Positions 9,861 to 23,353 of a stretch of DNA of 64,000 nt are shown here, in pieces. How positions within the stretch are numbered: position 1 is the stretch's first letter; each line of letters starts with the position of its first letter. The position numbers and the translations under genes were made by a program. This stretch comes from Camelus dromedarius (taxonomy: Eukaryota), in NCBI RefSeq assembly GCF_036321535.1, contig NC_087436.1:80044001-80108000 (forward strand). Direction: 5' to 3'. Below the pieces are notes generated by a model that worked only from the letters and a program-made list of their open reading frames with translations, was not told where the DNA came from and made no database searches.

Positions 9861-12800
9861 CTGGATTATTGAACTTCCCCTGGCACATGAAGGCACCATC
9901 ATAATCACCAGCAAATAACAGATAACAAGAGGGTTGAAGGATTTTACCAGAAGTCCTTACAGTGAGAAGGGACAGCTGGTGGCATGGCATGAAATGAGAC
10001 CACCCAAAAGAGCCAGTCATGGTGGTGGGCCACTACTGTGGTTCACAACATCTCTGTATTACAGTGAATGTTACAGTCACTGATGTCCATAAAATGGTGA
10101 CTGAAACCCAACAAAAAGAGGCATTTACTCTGGAGGAACTCTGTTTAATAAGGAAGTGTGTGTGTGTTTCAGAAGGTTTTCATTGAAATCAGCTATCTTT
10201 TTAATAGTGGTTTAGATATTCAGGGAGCCTGTCTCCTCTGAAAACTTTGCACTCCACCTGGATCAATAAGGCATTGCAGTGCTTCCAGAGGAAACCAAAC
10301 AACTTGGCTCGGAATGCTCAGTTCCGTTCCAAAGCTGAAGGAGTCACAAAGATCCAGCAAGATAGAGATCTAATCCCCTGATAACCAATCTGATTGGGGT
10401 GCTGCTTCCTGTGAAACTGATGGGCACTGATCCATTTACAACCAACTAGCAGCCTTTTGCCTGGGGAAAATCACCCTCATTCTGGCAGAAATGAACCTCG
10501 TAAAACAGGTCGAGGAAAAAAAAAGTTGAAAAATTAGTGTGACTAGTCTTCACAATGATTATTAAAAACTCACCTCATTGTTCCAATTTCTTCCCTGGCA
10601 TTTCTTGTCATGTGTCTCTACAACTTTACTCACTTGGCAGTTTTCCTTAAACCCCTGATTTCTGATGCGCACCTTGTTGCATTTTTTTTTTCTTGAAATG
10701 TTGCTTTTAGCAACACTGATATATCATAAATTTCATATAGTCAGCATTTTCTTCAAATTATGTGTGAGAATGCAGCATTTGGAAAAGTTGCATGATACGT
10801 TATCTCAATGTCTGATGTTACTGCGAGGTAAATATGCCCAGTGACCAATGGTTGTATTGGTCAGGATTTATAAAGAATATGGAGATCATTTCTTTGTTAT
10901 CACCCATCCCATGCTCCCACCTGCATAAACGCAACCAGGAGTGTATGCTTTCTCAAAGCTCCACATACACCCACATACACAGGTGAAGAATTGTTCTAAA
11001 ATTCTCTAAGGGGAAGAATCACCTTATTTAGAAATCTTTTTCAAAGATCTCCCATATATGTAAAGGACCCCTTAAATTATTTTATTTTGAATAACTGATT
11101 GTTCTTAATAAAGAGTTCATTTTATCCTATAATTATCTCAACCAATACTAGTTCTGGATATTCATAGAGGATATCTTACTGAATTAATAAAAAACTTTAA
11201 ACAAGTCAAAAAATTTAACACAATCTGTCACTGTTCTTGAGGAATATTCTCCCAAATACACGTTAGATGCTGGAAAAAAAAAAAAGCCTTTTAAAACCTA
11301 CTTAAAACACACACACAGAGTAAATGACTTTTATCAAACTGTGGTTTAGAATAGAATTTCCAAGGAGAGCATATAGTAGACATACATTCCAAAAAGTATG
11401 TAAATTAAAACAATTTAGATGAGCCAGAAGATTATACTGTCTGGCAAACTGTGGTAATGATTCTGAGAATGTATCTGATGATGGCAAAGATGCTTCTGAA
11501 AGAGTCTGGACAGCACTGTTTTTAACAATGTGACAGGGCACAAAATACTATTTCTATATTAATATTATTTATGTGATGTGACTCTACATGTTATGATAAA
11601 CAAATGTTATAAATAGACAACTCTTTTCTCTACAAACCTAAAGGTTTGCCCCCTAAATCATTTTACGGATCTTTTCATTGGGAAAATGGATGGTCAGTTT
11701 ATTTTGAGAGCAGGGATATGTGTATTTTAAAATAACTGTTATATTCCCACTGTTTATTAGAGTATCTAGAACATTATACTTGCTCCAAAAAATTAAGATA
11801 GGAAATAATTGTACATAAAAAAGAGGTGTCAGACATTTCCAACCAAATCAACAAAGATAATAACCCCATGACACTCTTGTCAACAAATCCGCTTTGAGAT
11901 TCCTGGACCTAATAGAACACATAGACTGTCCGAATGGAAGTAATACTGCAGGTGACCTAAGCCAGTCTTTTTATTTTACAGACGAGGAAATCACAGAGCA
12001 ATTAAATGCCCTCCTGCAGGAGGCTTGGACATAGAACTCTGATCGTCCCCTTAGATGGTATTACTGAGTTGTTTTCCTTGTGCAAGTTCATCCCGTTTCC
12101 TGGTTTATACTTCAAGTTGAAAGCAAGCAGCATCTTTTGTTTGAAAATGGGTGCTGTTGGTCAAAGCAAACAATTTAATTTAATTTAAGAGCCAAGAGTC
12201 AGAGAGAGAGAGGTCGAGTTAGTGACACAAAGTCCAGGCAGATGCTCTCTGACTGTTCATGATCTGCTGTGGGAGTTGGTCACCTAATCGTAGAAAAACA
12301 GGTGTACCTTTTTGGTTTTGACAAGCTTTCAGTTGTTACAGGTTTGGGTTCAGCTGACAGCTCTGGATGCAGTGAAGCAGAACTCCCACATCAGAGGACC
12401 AGAAGGAAAGCACACACAGCGGGTGCGGCAAAGCTGACTTAGACCCCCACTCAGTAGACCGCACATATGTGCTCAAGAAAAAGCAACAGAAATGCATCTC
12501 TTTCCTCGCATGAGGTATTCTTTAAAAAAGAAAAAAAAATCACTGTATATCTCTAATAGAGGGTTCACAAACAGAAATACTGAGTGTCTCATTAACAACC
12601 CTAGAAGAAATGTCCAAATTACTGAGTTTTTAAAATCCATCTGAAAGCTGCTAGCTTACTTTAAAAATACACAAATATCTCCCCAGTCTTGCTTCTTTTC
12701 CTTTAATTTGTTATTTCCCTCACTCATTGGAACATCCTCAATGTCTCTAAAATTGCCCTGGATTAGCTGACCATGTTACATTTGCAAACAGGCCTCAGGG

Positions 12801-12907
12801 TAGACCCACCTAACTCAAGCAGCATTGTGTAAACAATTAAGACCCAAGCTATGTACATACAAAGCACACACACCCTGTTAAGCCTTCAAGGAAGGATGCC
12901 ATGGTCC

Positions 12908-13145
12908 CTAATAATACTGCTAATAACATACATGCTTGACTTCATGTAAGTACCAGGCATCCCCTTGTATCAATTTATATAATCCTTAACCTGGTACTAC
13001 CATCTTCCCCTTCATTCAGACAAGAAAATTGAAGGCTGCAGAGGTAAAGTAACTTATCGAAGGTCAAGCACAACTAGTCAGCGGTGAAACTGGGATTTCA
13101 ACCCCAGCAGTCTGGCTCCAGAGTTTGTGCTCTTAAGTACTGTGA
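12908..13145 (-). mobile_element. MIR SINE
   Basis: gaggtaaagtaacttatcgaaggtca...ctgggatttcaaccccagcagtctggctccagag. Confidence 0.8.
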
Positions 13146-13879
13146 TTTAATTCTACAGCTTGGTTTGCCAATCGCTATTTTTGCTCACTTTGTGGGCTGC
13201 TCACCTCTTTACCATTTTTTTTTTTTTACTTTAGCACAGAATTTTCTGAATACTCAAATCTTGCAGTTAAGGTTATTGTTTATACTCCATCAATTATTTC
13301 TATTATTATGTAAAATAACCCCTATGCTACAGAAAACACCAAGATTCAGAGGGCTCTTCCATATGAAGGGCTGACAATATAGTTAAATGTGAAATTTCTT
13401 TAAATTCCAATGTATTCCCATGTAATTGTGTATACAATTAAGACTCAGTTTGTGGCATTGTGCGTTTCTGGATTATTTGAGCACCAAAGGGTTTTTTTTT
13501 TTTAAGTATCACGGATGACTTAAATAATAAAACATGACCTGGCATGAATTACAGTATCTGAATTCATTTCTCCAACTAGTGTGTTTGTGGGCCCAAGGTT
13601 GAAAGCAATTAGGTGTGAATTATTACACCATCTTCCATGCCTTAGACAGTTTTATGATGATTATAAAATTTTATTATTAATGGTTCACTGTTTTTGGAGG
13701 AGTTGTTAATTTAAACGTATATATTTATATTGTTAATTAATGAATAGGACAAAATTAGTTTGGTGGAATCTTTGTAGGGACCAGAAGCAATTGGGGAATA
13801 GAAAGGATGCTGCTGACAGCAGGTGTAGAAATTAAAAGCTAGATCTGGAGAGAGGCCATGTGCCCCAGTTCAATCAAGC

Positions 13880-14045
13880 TACAGAGCCACGTGGTACCTT
13901 AAAGACCATCCTATACAACTTCTTTGTTTTAAAGACCAGGAAAAAATAAGTGACTTGCCCAGGATCACACCACTAGTTGGTAGCAGAGTCAGGTCAGTTT
14001 GGTCAAAGGCACTTAGGATCCTGGCTCCCCAACCAGTGCCTCTCA
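13880..14045 (-). mobile_element. MIR3-like SINE
   Basis: accttaaagaccatc...aagtgacttgcccaggatcacaccactagttgg. Confidence 0.7.
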
Positions 14046-14911
14046 TTTTCAACAACTGAGGAAAATTTGGCTGAATATCTGGGAAGGCAAGGATACCTTT
14101 GTTAGAAATGGGAAGGTAAGAAGAATCACAAAAAGTAAACAAGAGTTTCAGTTTAATCGGACAAATCTGAGTGTCAAAGTAATACTTAGTTGCATGCACA
14201 GAGAAGTATTGAAAGAGAAGGGGCCAGGGAAGACTTGCTTACACTTCCCACTGGTGAGGTAGTTGAAGTCTCCAGGTAACATGATATTGAGACTGTAGAA
14301 AAGCCCATGGGATAAATGCTTTCCTAAGAATGCATTTTCTATGTGTCGGGACCACAACTGGACAAACCAGTTTACTTGAGGAGCCGTGTAGGTAATGACT
14401 GGCATGAGCCCAACTAATGGCCACATATAATTTCCACCTGTGTACCTCCTTTTGCCATTTCTCATCCCCAAATGCTGTCTTCCTCTTGCTCACTGAAGGG
14501 TAAAAGTATTTTCTTGGACAAATTCGGTCAAAAAGGAGCAATTGAAACCCGATTGAATTTTTCCATTTTTCTTTTTTTTTTAGGCAAGAGAAAGGAAGTG
14601 CAACACTTGGTAAATCAAGTTTTTATTAAAGAAATTGGTGACAGAAGCAACCATGCAGAACTGCTGATACATCGAGCAGAAGTCTATCTTTCTAAATGGT
14701 AAAGCAGGATCTCATTCCTGTTGGGATTCTCCAGGGGTTCTTAAGCAAGTGGCCAAAATGAATTTGACACTGAGAATATAGACTTGTGCTTGTATATTTT
14801 TCCCTTCTCTTAGAGCTCCAAATGTTTGCCAGGCAAAGCCATACTGAAAGCCAATGTCAATTCCATCTAACTGAGCAGGGATTGACAGTACTCTCTCCAC
14901 TCAGCACTTAC

Positions 14912-15078
14912 CTGAGCGCTTCTGACTGAGTTATTGCCTGGGCTCCTGGGAGCATGACCTGGATCCTCCCAGTATATGATTCCTGTTTCTTATCAGAGAC
15001 AGACACAGCTCATCAGAGAAGGAACACATTTTCTAGAATGAACATGCTGTACTTCAAGCTCAGGGTTGCACTCTGCTG
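14912..15078 (-). other. Candidate non-coding exon (~167 nt)
   Basis: Perfect donor CAG|GTAAGT (intron starts at 14911); acceptor tttatttccaacAG with tandem CAGCAGCAG; no product recognised. Confidence 0.25.
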
Positions 15079-16059
15079 CTGTTGGAAATAAATTCACTCA
15101 TTTGGACCACGGTATCTTCTAAATCCATTCTTTCTAGAAAGCCAAGGGTTTTCTCTTGGCTCATCTAAATCAAACGCAATGTTCTTTCCATGCCATTAGA
15201 TAGTTTTCCACTGTGAAATCCATCAGTATCATAGATAATTAGAAAACTAAGTACATCACTCTACTAGGTGACGCCCTACCTCATACAGCTCTATTAAAGA
15301 GACCATGCTTTGTGATGTCTCCATTTCTTCCCCCTAAGCACTCATCCCTGTGATAACTGCTGACTACACTGAATGGGAAACACGAGCCATAGAATTACAT
15401 TTGAGTTTCAAGACCTGAAATCCTAGTATTCTGTCTAACACTCCAAAAAATAGCCTCTTCACCCCTCAAATAAAATCCTAACACTCCACACTCCCCAATA
15501 TGCAAAATTGCCAATAACCCAGGAATCTTTGTTTTTTGTGTCTTATTTTAGTATAGTCTTTCATTTTTAACCAACAAGGGCTGAAACCATCTCCTATTAC
15601 AAAACAAGATGCATGGTACTACGGAAATGGGTCTTCCTCTCCGAGTTCTAATTATTGGAACTTACTGCTGCTAACATGTTTTCCATTTCTGTCTTGATCT
15701 ACAGTAACCTCTTGAGCTCTGTCCTCAAGTCTATTTGTTGCATTTAATGCTATGAAAAGCAGATTTCAAATAAGAGATCAAATTTACTACATGGTGAAAG
15801 GTAAATATCACAGTTAAAAATGAATTATCCATTATCCAAGGGGAAAATACTGTAGAAAATGAAAAAAGAAATCTTTATTCTAGAGTTATGTATAAAACAC
15901 ACAATATATTACCACAAATCTTTGGGAAAAAGGAAAAGCAGAGCAGGAGGAAGTGGCCTGGGAACTTGCATTAGCTACCACCACTCCCTCCTGCAAGTTA
16001 TACATGGCATTGCCTGTTCTGTTCTCCACTGAAAGTTTCAATTCTTAAAAAGTGTTTTA

Positions 16060-17200
16060 CAAAAATAAACAAATGGGGCCTGATTAAACTTGTAAGCTTT
16101 TGCACAGTAAAGGAAACCATAAGCAAAACAAAAAGACAACCTACAGAATAGGAGAAAATATTTGCAAAAGATGAGACTGACATGGGCTTAATTTCCAGAA
16201 TATGTAAATAGTCCACACAACTTAGTAAGAAAAAAACAAACAACCTAATCCAAAAATGGGCAGAAGACCTAAACAAGCAATTCTCCAATGAAGACATACA
16301 AATGGCCAATAGGCACATGAAAAAATGCTCAATATTGCTAATTATCAGAGAAATGCAAATCAAAACTACAATGAGGTATCACCTCATACCAGTCAGAATG
16401 GTCATCATTAAAAAGTCCACAAATGATAAATGCTGGAGACAGTGTGAAGAAAAGGGAACCCTCCTACACTGCTGGTGGGAATGTAGTTTGGTGCAACCGT
16501 TATGGAGAACAGTATGGAGATTCCTCAAAAGACCAAAAACAGATTTACCATATGATCCAACAATCCCACTCCTGGGCATATATCCTGAGGGAATCTTAAT
16601 TCAAAAATACATGCACCCCAATGTTCACAGCAGCACTATTTACAATAGCCAAGACATGGAAACAACCTAAATGTCCATCCACAGATGACTGGATAAAGAA
16701 GCTGTGGCATATTTATTCAATGGAATACTACTCAGTCATAAAAATAATAAAATAATGCCATTTGCAACAATGTGGATGGACCTGGAGAACGTCATTCTAA
16801 GTGAAGTAAGCCAGAAAGAGAAAGAAAAATACCATATAAAATCACTTATATGTGGAATCTAAAAAAAAAGACAAATGAACTTATTTACAAAACAGAAATA
16901 GACTCACAGACATAGAAAACAAACTTATGGTTCCTGGGGAGGAGAAGGTGGGAAGGGATAAATTGTAAGTTTGAGATTTGCAGATACTAACTACTATATA
17001 TAAAATAGATAAACAACAAGTTTATACTGTATAGCACAGGGGACAATATTCAATATCTTGTAGTAACTTATGGTGAAAAGAATATGAAAATGAATACAGG
17101 TATGTTCATGTATGACTGAAGCATTATGCTGCACATCAGAAATTGACACAACATTGCAAACTGACTATACTTCAATAAAAATATATATATATACAAAAAA
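16060..17200 (+). mobile_element. 5'-truncated artiodactyl/camelid-type LINE-1 (ORF2 C-terminus, 3'UTR and A-rich tail)
   Basis: ORF 16302-16670 ([13 protein letters not shown]...[18 protein letters not shown]) is the L1 ORF2 cysteine-rich domain; AATAAA at 17174; ORF2 is disrupted. Confidence 0.95.
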
Positions 17201-17494
17201 TTTTTATTTAAACTTCTCCCCACAGAATATATTTTAAGGGGAAAGGAGTCAACAAGAGAGATAATAAAAAATTCAGATCATTTTCCAAAATCACATTTCC
17301 AGAAACAATCTGATCTTATCCCAAGGCCAGTTTTTACACCTAGAGATCCTTCTTTTTATATGAAGTTTCAGGTACTGAGTTACTAAATTACTGAATTATA
17401 ATCTGTTGCTCTTCTCTCTCGATTCACCTACTCCTTCAGGGTAGAGGTTGAGTTGTATGAAATGCTGAAAGTTATTGATAATTAAAGAACTATT

Positions 17495-18200
17495 CTCTTT
17501 TAACAATCCACTCCAATTTATTCTCTACACTTCAGCCAAAGTAAATGTTCTAAAATTAAAATCTAATTGGATTGTTACTCTGCCTGAAACACTTCAAAGT
17601 CTTCCCATCGCTCTCCAAGGAAATATCCAAGAGCACAGGTGGCCACTCCACTCTTGCCTCTTACCTTCTTATCCTCTCCCTCTGTGCCAGCCACACAGAA
17701 CCACTGAGAGTCTCACCAACTTGCCCTTTTCCTTTGCTCCTGACCCTTTACCCATCCCTGCTGGCAGCGAGATGGCAGCAGCAAGGGCACCTCCCTTGGA
17801 CCTGGAGGCAAAAGGCACTTGCTGAAAAGAGCTGCATCACTCTAAGCCTCTTACGCTAGGTTTTCACAAGAGATCTCTGTATCTAACCTGTTCAAGCCAC
17901 AGTATTTTGAAGTCTGTTACTGAAATTAGCCTAAATCCTATCTAACAAATGTTTTCCCCACAACTTCTCATTCCTCAGGTTTCCGATAAGATATCGTTTC
18001 TCCCAGGAACCCTTCCCTGTTTCTGTACAAGTTAGGTGCCTCTCTGGAGTAACTCCATCATAGGGTACATCACTTGTGTTGAAAGTGCCTGCTGACTTGT
18101 CTGCCTCCAACACTAACCTGAAGTTGGAGATGGTGCCTTTGTCTCCCAGCACCAACCACTGGGTCTGGCACACAGTAAACACTTAGTAAACATGTTTGGA
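17495..18200 (+). mobile_element. L2 fragments (~17495-17700 and ~17960-18200)
   Basis: gttactctgcctgaaacacttcaaagtcttcccatcgctc; gggtctggcacacagtaaacacttagtaaacatgttt. Confidence 0.7.
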
Positions 18201-21200
18201 ATTAACTCAAGATCGAGGAAAGATTGCAAAGCCTAACTCCACGTTATCAGGAGTTTATGAAAAGTAATTGTAGAATGAGTACCCTTGAAAATTCCCATTT
18301 TTATTTACAGACAAATAGAGATGGAGAGTTTTAGAGAGAATTATTCCTCCTTGATCACCAGTTAAAAATTGGATATATGTATATTAATAAACTACATAGT
18401 TGCATATACAATATGATTTAGTTTCTCCATTCTCCCTCTATTCCACTTCCAAATATCTCAGCCCCGGGGGCAGACTGAGATTTACTACCGTTAGATTTAT
18501 TCCTTCAAGCTAAGACAGGGTTTCTCTGAAAAGATTGCCAAAATGCAAATATGTTAAGAGACATCAAACCATTAGCACACATATGTACCTCCATAGGGAT
18601 TAAATTATCAGAATGCATGCAAGATACCAGGGCCCAAAGGAAATGAGATAGAGAACTGGATGATTTTGATAGGAAGAAAAAACTGAAAAAAGTGTTATCT
18701 GAAGAGAGAGGATCTGCACCAAGGTCTGCACTAAAGGTGTGAAGAGACACTGAGCATCAAGGAAGACTGGCTTCAAAGGGAGCAAAGAAGTGCCTAGAAA
18801 ACAGCCTGGGAGCTAGAAGACCAAACTGGTACACTGTATTGCTGCCCGGATAGATTACATGATACACATAGGTTTCTGTGGTTGTTCCCCTCAGGTAGAG
18901 TTACTCAAATGGCTGCATTATATTCACGCAGCCAGCATCCTGTAGTTTCTTTGCTAACGTAGTTTGTCCTGAAAGGGAGCCTTCATTTTTATGCCCAAAT
19001 AAGTATATTCTGGTGGCCTCCCAAGATCAAAGGGAGAAATCATTCAAGTCCCTAGTAAGAGAGCAGACTAAGCACATGTTGTGATACATCCCAGGGAATC
19101 CTCTGGGGGCTTCTCCTGATTCTGCTTTCCTCTGATGACACTTTCAACAAGAACAGAAACTCACACCAAACTTAATGCATTTTTATGACGAGAATTGAAA
19201 CAAGAGTGGCAAATGTCTCTCATTCTTTTATACTGGGTCATGACTGTAATCTCATGGCCCTGCTCAGATGTCAACCTCTTGACTGCAAGGGCAGGTAGAT
19301 GATACAAGAGTTCATTCTTGTTCCATCTCCAATTTGTTCACTGCAATGTGAGGAGGGGTATCTCCGTCATAAAACAAGGCATATGCCTCCCATTTTGCAT
19401 TTAACTCCTGGTGTGTGCAGTAAAGTGGACCCGGGGAGAAGAGGGGGACCACCCCACACTTTCAATCTCTCTGTTAAGTTGTCTATAGAGCTTGTGTCCT
19501 GCAGTGTGTATGCACACACACCAACACAGACACACACTCCAATAATAATCACAAGCATATTCAGCCACTAAGTATGCTATTTGTCAGATGCAGCTCTCCT
19601 AGGACTAAGGAAACAACATCACTAAGGTCTGGCTTATGTGTATCCCAATATAAAATCTAATTCTGAATAGTTAAATGCAGAGATAATTTATCTAAATAAA
19701 CTTGCAGATGCCAGACATAATGCCACATCTTACTTTTCTAAGAACAGAGATTGTGTAAGTCTATGGAATCGGTTAATAGTTTCTTCTTTCACGTTCCATT
19801 GGCATTGATATATTACACCTCTTTGGGGTAAAAGGTTGCAGCACTGGGGTTCTTAACCTTTCAATGTCATGAAACCACTTTTAAAGCTATGGACACTATT
19901 CCTCCGAAATATGCACACACCCAGACAACTCTTTATATTATACCAAGGGCTTTATTATGTATAATATGTACTCTAATGGTAACCATATATTTTCCAAAAA
20001 TTTTGATATCACTCTTGTTCATATCCTGTCAACAGTGACTTTACAGTTCAGTTTGAATTATTTCTTTTATACTGAGATTTTAACGTTCTGGAAGTTGTTT
20101 GAAATAACATAGAAATGATCATTTTATCAATATAAAAATACTTACCACATAATTATGAGTTGATGACTAGATGGATAAAGAAAGAATAAATAAAGGGTGA
20201 CAATTTGTATTATTATTTGTTACCAGACCATCACCTGAATGTAAATGTAAACACAGGAAGTATAATTGATTTCCTCAAGTATGTTTTTGTGTTATGAGTC
20301 AAAACAGAGCTTCTCACAGAGTGTTCAGGAAACTTCTAGAATCTTTTCCTCAGTGGTTCTGATCTATTTCATTAAAAACACTTTAGATGCCTGGGCTGGA
20401 GCCCAGGGACCTCCTATCACAGGGATCACACCCTCTGGGGGACACAGCATGGAGAGTGGCTACCACACTGCCAGACTCAGGGACCTAGGCTCTCTGTTGC
20501 TCAGATATGCAAATCTTAGCTCTTTTCAGGAAACAGAAGGCAGAAATATTTGGTATCACATCATGAGCAAAATGTCAATATACCCTCGTGATTACTGAAA
20601 ACAAAAAACCTACCCACCTGAGAACTCTGGGCCTCCTCCCTCTTCACTGGACAAAGATCTATAAAGCATCTCTTCGGCATAAGGTCCTAAGCTAGAATCT
20701 TCACAGTACTTGCACTCTTGCAGACCCAGGCAGAATTCCCTGGTGAGCTCAATCTAGTTGGCATCAGATGGGAATTACAGCCAAGTGAATTCTCCATATT
20801 GTAACCCTATTATCTTTCTCTCCCTCCATCCATCTCCCCTGTGCTGTGCATGGTTGGGCCTTATGGAAAGTTATCATTTGGATGCAAAACAATTATCCTA
20901 AAACAGTTAGCCAGAGTGGTCTGGACACACAGATTTATCTTCCCTCTCCTTCAGTGAAGAACATCTATCTTCCATGACCTCTTGATTACTGAAGCCTTCA
21001 GAATATATTCTTTGGTCTGTGACACTGTGCTCAGTGCTGGGCTGAGCATTAAATATCACCCTCTATGATTAATTGGAAGTTAATTAAATCTATCACTGAA
21101 ACAATGGGAAGGCAATGAGCTATGTAATCATTGCAATAGTAAATGAAATGATGTACAGGTCTCTCCATCTCGCTTATTGACAATGATGGAGGGGTGGCAG

Positions 21201-21519
21201 GCCTCAGATGCCTGGTGAGGCTTGCTGCCTGACCTCACGGGCAGCTCTAACTTGCACACGGTCCAGGGACAAGGCAAGCAGAAGCTCGCTCCGACCACCT
21301 CTGCTGAATGAGGGAGCGGCTCTTCCCAAGGCCTCTGAAGTGTCCTTGTCAAGGTTCTGTCTTGAAGAATCAGTGGGATGAGGTACAAATGGCTGAATGA
21401 ACCATGCAAATGCTGGTTGCTACCACCTCTGAGCCACTCATAAGCCCTGGCTTCAAACTCAGAGGCCCTTCAATTGCAGTGAAAAGAATGCTTGAACACT
21501 GAATGCTTTTGATTTTATT

Positions 21520-21700
21520 TAATCAACTTCAGAATTTTTAGTGCTTTCACAGACCTGATGGCATTTGGTCCTCATAAGATGGGGAAACTGTGAAACAAAG
21601 GTTGAGTGGCTTGCCTGAGTTTCTACAGCTGGTTAGTGACAGAGGTGGGTGAAGCCAATTAGAAACTAAAACGGCAGAGCCGAATCTTCAGTGCCTGTTT
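21520..21700 (-). mobile_element. MIR SINE
   Basis: agatggggaaactgtgaaacaaaggttgagtggcttgcctgagtttctacagctggttagtgacagag. Confidence 0.7.
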
Positions 21701-21871
21701 CCAAACCTGATTTAATTTATGGATGTGAGGACATAGAAGGTCATGAAGTTTGAAAAGGTAAAACCCTAAGTTGCCAGAGTCCCAAGAGTCCCTTGGGATC
21801 CAGATTGGCATATTTAAGCATTTGGTATGAATATTAACTTGTATCACAAGGTAGCTCTCTAGATACTAATT

Positions 21872-22236
21872 TGCCTTAGTCTGTTTGGGTTTCCATAACA
21901 AAATACCATAGACTGGGTGGTTTCAACAGAAATTTACTCCTCGTGGTTCTGGAGGCTGTAAATCTGAAGGCAAGGTGCCAGTAGGGTTGTGTTCTGGGGA
22001 GAATTCTCTTCCTGATGTGCAGACAGCTGCCTTCTCTCTGTGTCCTCACATGGCAGAGAAAGAGAGAGCGAGCGAGCGAGAGAGCGCGCTTCCTTTTCTT
22101 ATGAGTCCATAGTCTAATCAGATTAGGGCCCCACTGACCTCATTTAACCTGATTACCTCCAAAAGACTCTGTCTCCATATACAGTTATATTGCAGGGTTA
22201 GGGTTTCAACATATGGACACAAGTCAGTCCATTGCA
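21872..22236 (-). mobile_element. MLT1A-like MaLR solo LTR with perfect 5-bp TSD (TAATT)
   Basis: TG...CA termini; taatt at 21867-21871 and 22237-22241; ataacaaaataccatagactgggtgg and ttctggaggct motifs. Confidence 0.9.
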
Positions 22237-22967
22237 TAATTTGAAAATAAATTTTAGAAATTATCACTCAGTAAGAATTACAAATTAGAATGCCCTCTTT
22301 AAGCTTTAGTTACCCAATATTTTAATTTCCATTCTTTTCTGGATGTCACTAGGTGGAAGAATATTTTCAGTCCTCTGGAATAAGTGGGACCTACCCTTTC
22401 CATCTGTCCCCTTAGTCCCTTCTCCTTCCTAACAGGACAAGCCCCGGGTTCTGTTGGCATGCATCTCCTGTTTGAGGAGGCTTGGCTCTGAGGGAAGACT
22501 ACCCTCTCAATACACACTGGGTGTCGGGAGAGAGACGATAGTTATCAATGTGTCCCGGTCCTCCAGACCCAGGGGACCCTTAAAAACACTAAGGCACTAT
22601 TTTGGGATCAATTGAAAACAAATTAATTAAATAAAGATCCTTTATCACAGTACTGAAGTTTAAGATTATTTAGTGGAAAGATGTTCAGGTGAACTCTTAT
22701 CACTGGCAGCCAGAAGAGATAGCCAACCCCCAAAGGCATTTTTCTTTCTCTTCCTCTTCCTCCTGCTGACACACAATCAGGCCTAGCTGCCCAACATTGC
22801 CAAACTAAATATTAAGGGCTTTAGGAAATATCACACTGGATCTGATTTCGAAACTTGGTCCTGCTCCAGCTCCTCCCAGGAAACCACCAGCTCACAGGTA
22901 GTATGGTGGCTATACAGAAACAGAATCAGAGTCTATCCAAAAAGAGGCTCTAGAGTAGCAATGGATC

Positions 22968-23353
22968 AGCACACCCTGCCTCAGGGCCTTTGCACTTGTC
23001 CTCTCTGCTTAGAGCACTTTTTCCCTAAAAATCTGGATAGCTCTTGTCCCTCACTTTTTCAGGTCTTTGCTCAAATGCCCTGTGATCAAGTGATGCTTTC
23101 TCCGACTATCCTATCAAAATGGTGCCTCCTTTCAGCCTAGCACTAACATCTCACCCTGCATTAATTTTCCTTCAGAAGACCAATCACTACTTAACATTAT
23201 ATTAGTTATTTATTTTTTTCTATCTTCTCCCTCTAGGATATTAACTGAATGAAGTCAGGGGCTTTGCCTGTTTTCTTCTGTATCCTGGAGTTTCGCACAC
23301 AGCATGGTGCATATTAGGTGTTGGATGGATGGATGAATGAATGAATGAATGAA
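22968..23353 (+). mobile_element. L2 3' fragment with (GAAT)n tail
   Basis: ctgcctcagggcctttgcactt...ttcaggtctttgctcaaatg...gaatgaatgaatgaa. Confidence 0.85.

Noticed and set aside
14148..14702. Cluster of overlapping 76-107 aa ORFs
   Set aside because: No recognisable protein, mostly non-ATG starts and no convincing acceptor/donor pair
15998..16670. ORFs 15998-16363, 16302-16670 and 16379-16579 as genes
   Set aside because: Sense and antisense fragments of a truncated, disrupted L1 ORF2
21128..21409. GC-richer segment with a 93-aa ORF
   Set aside because: No recognisable domain and weak splice signals
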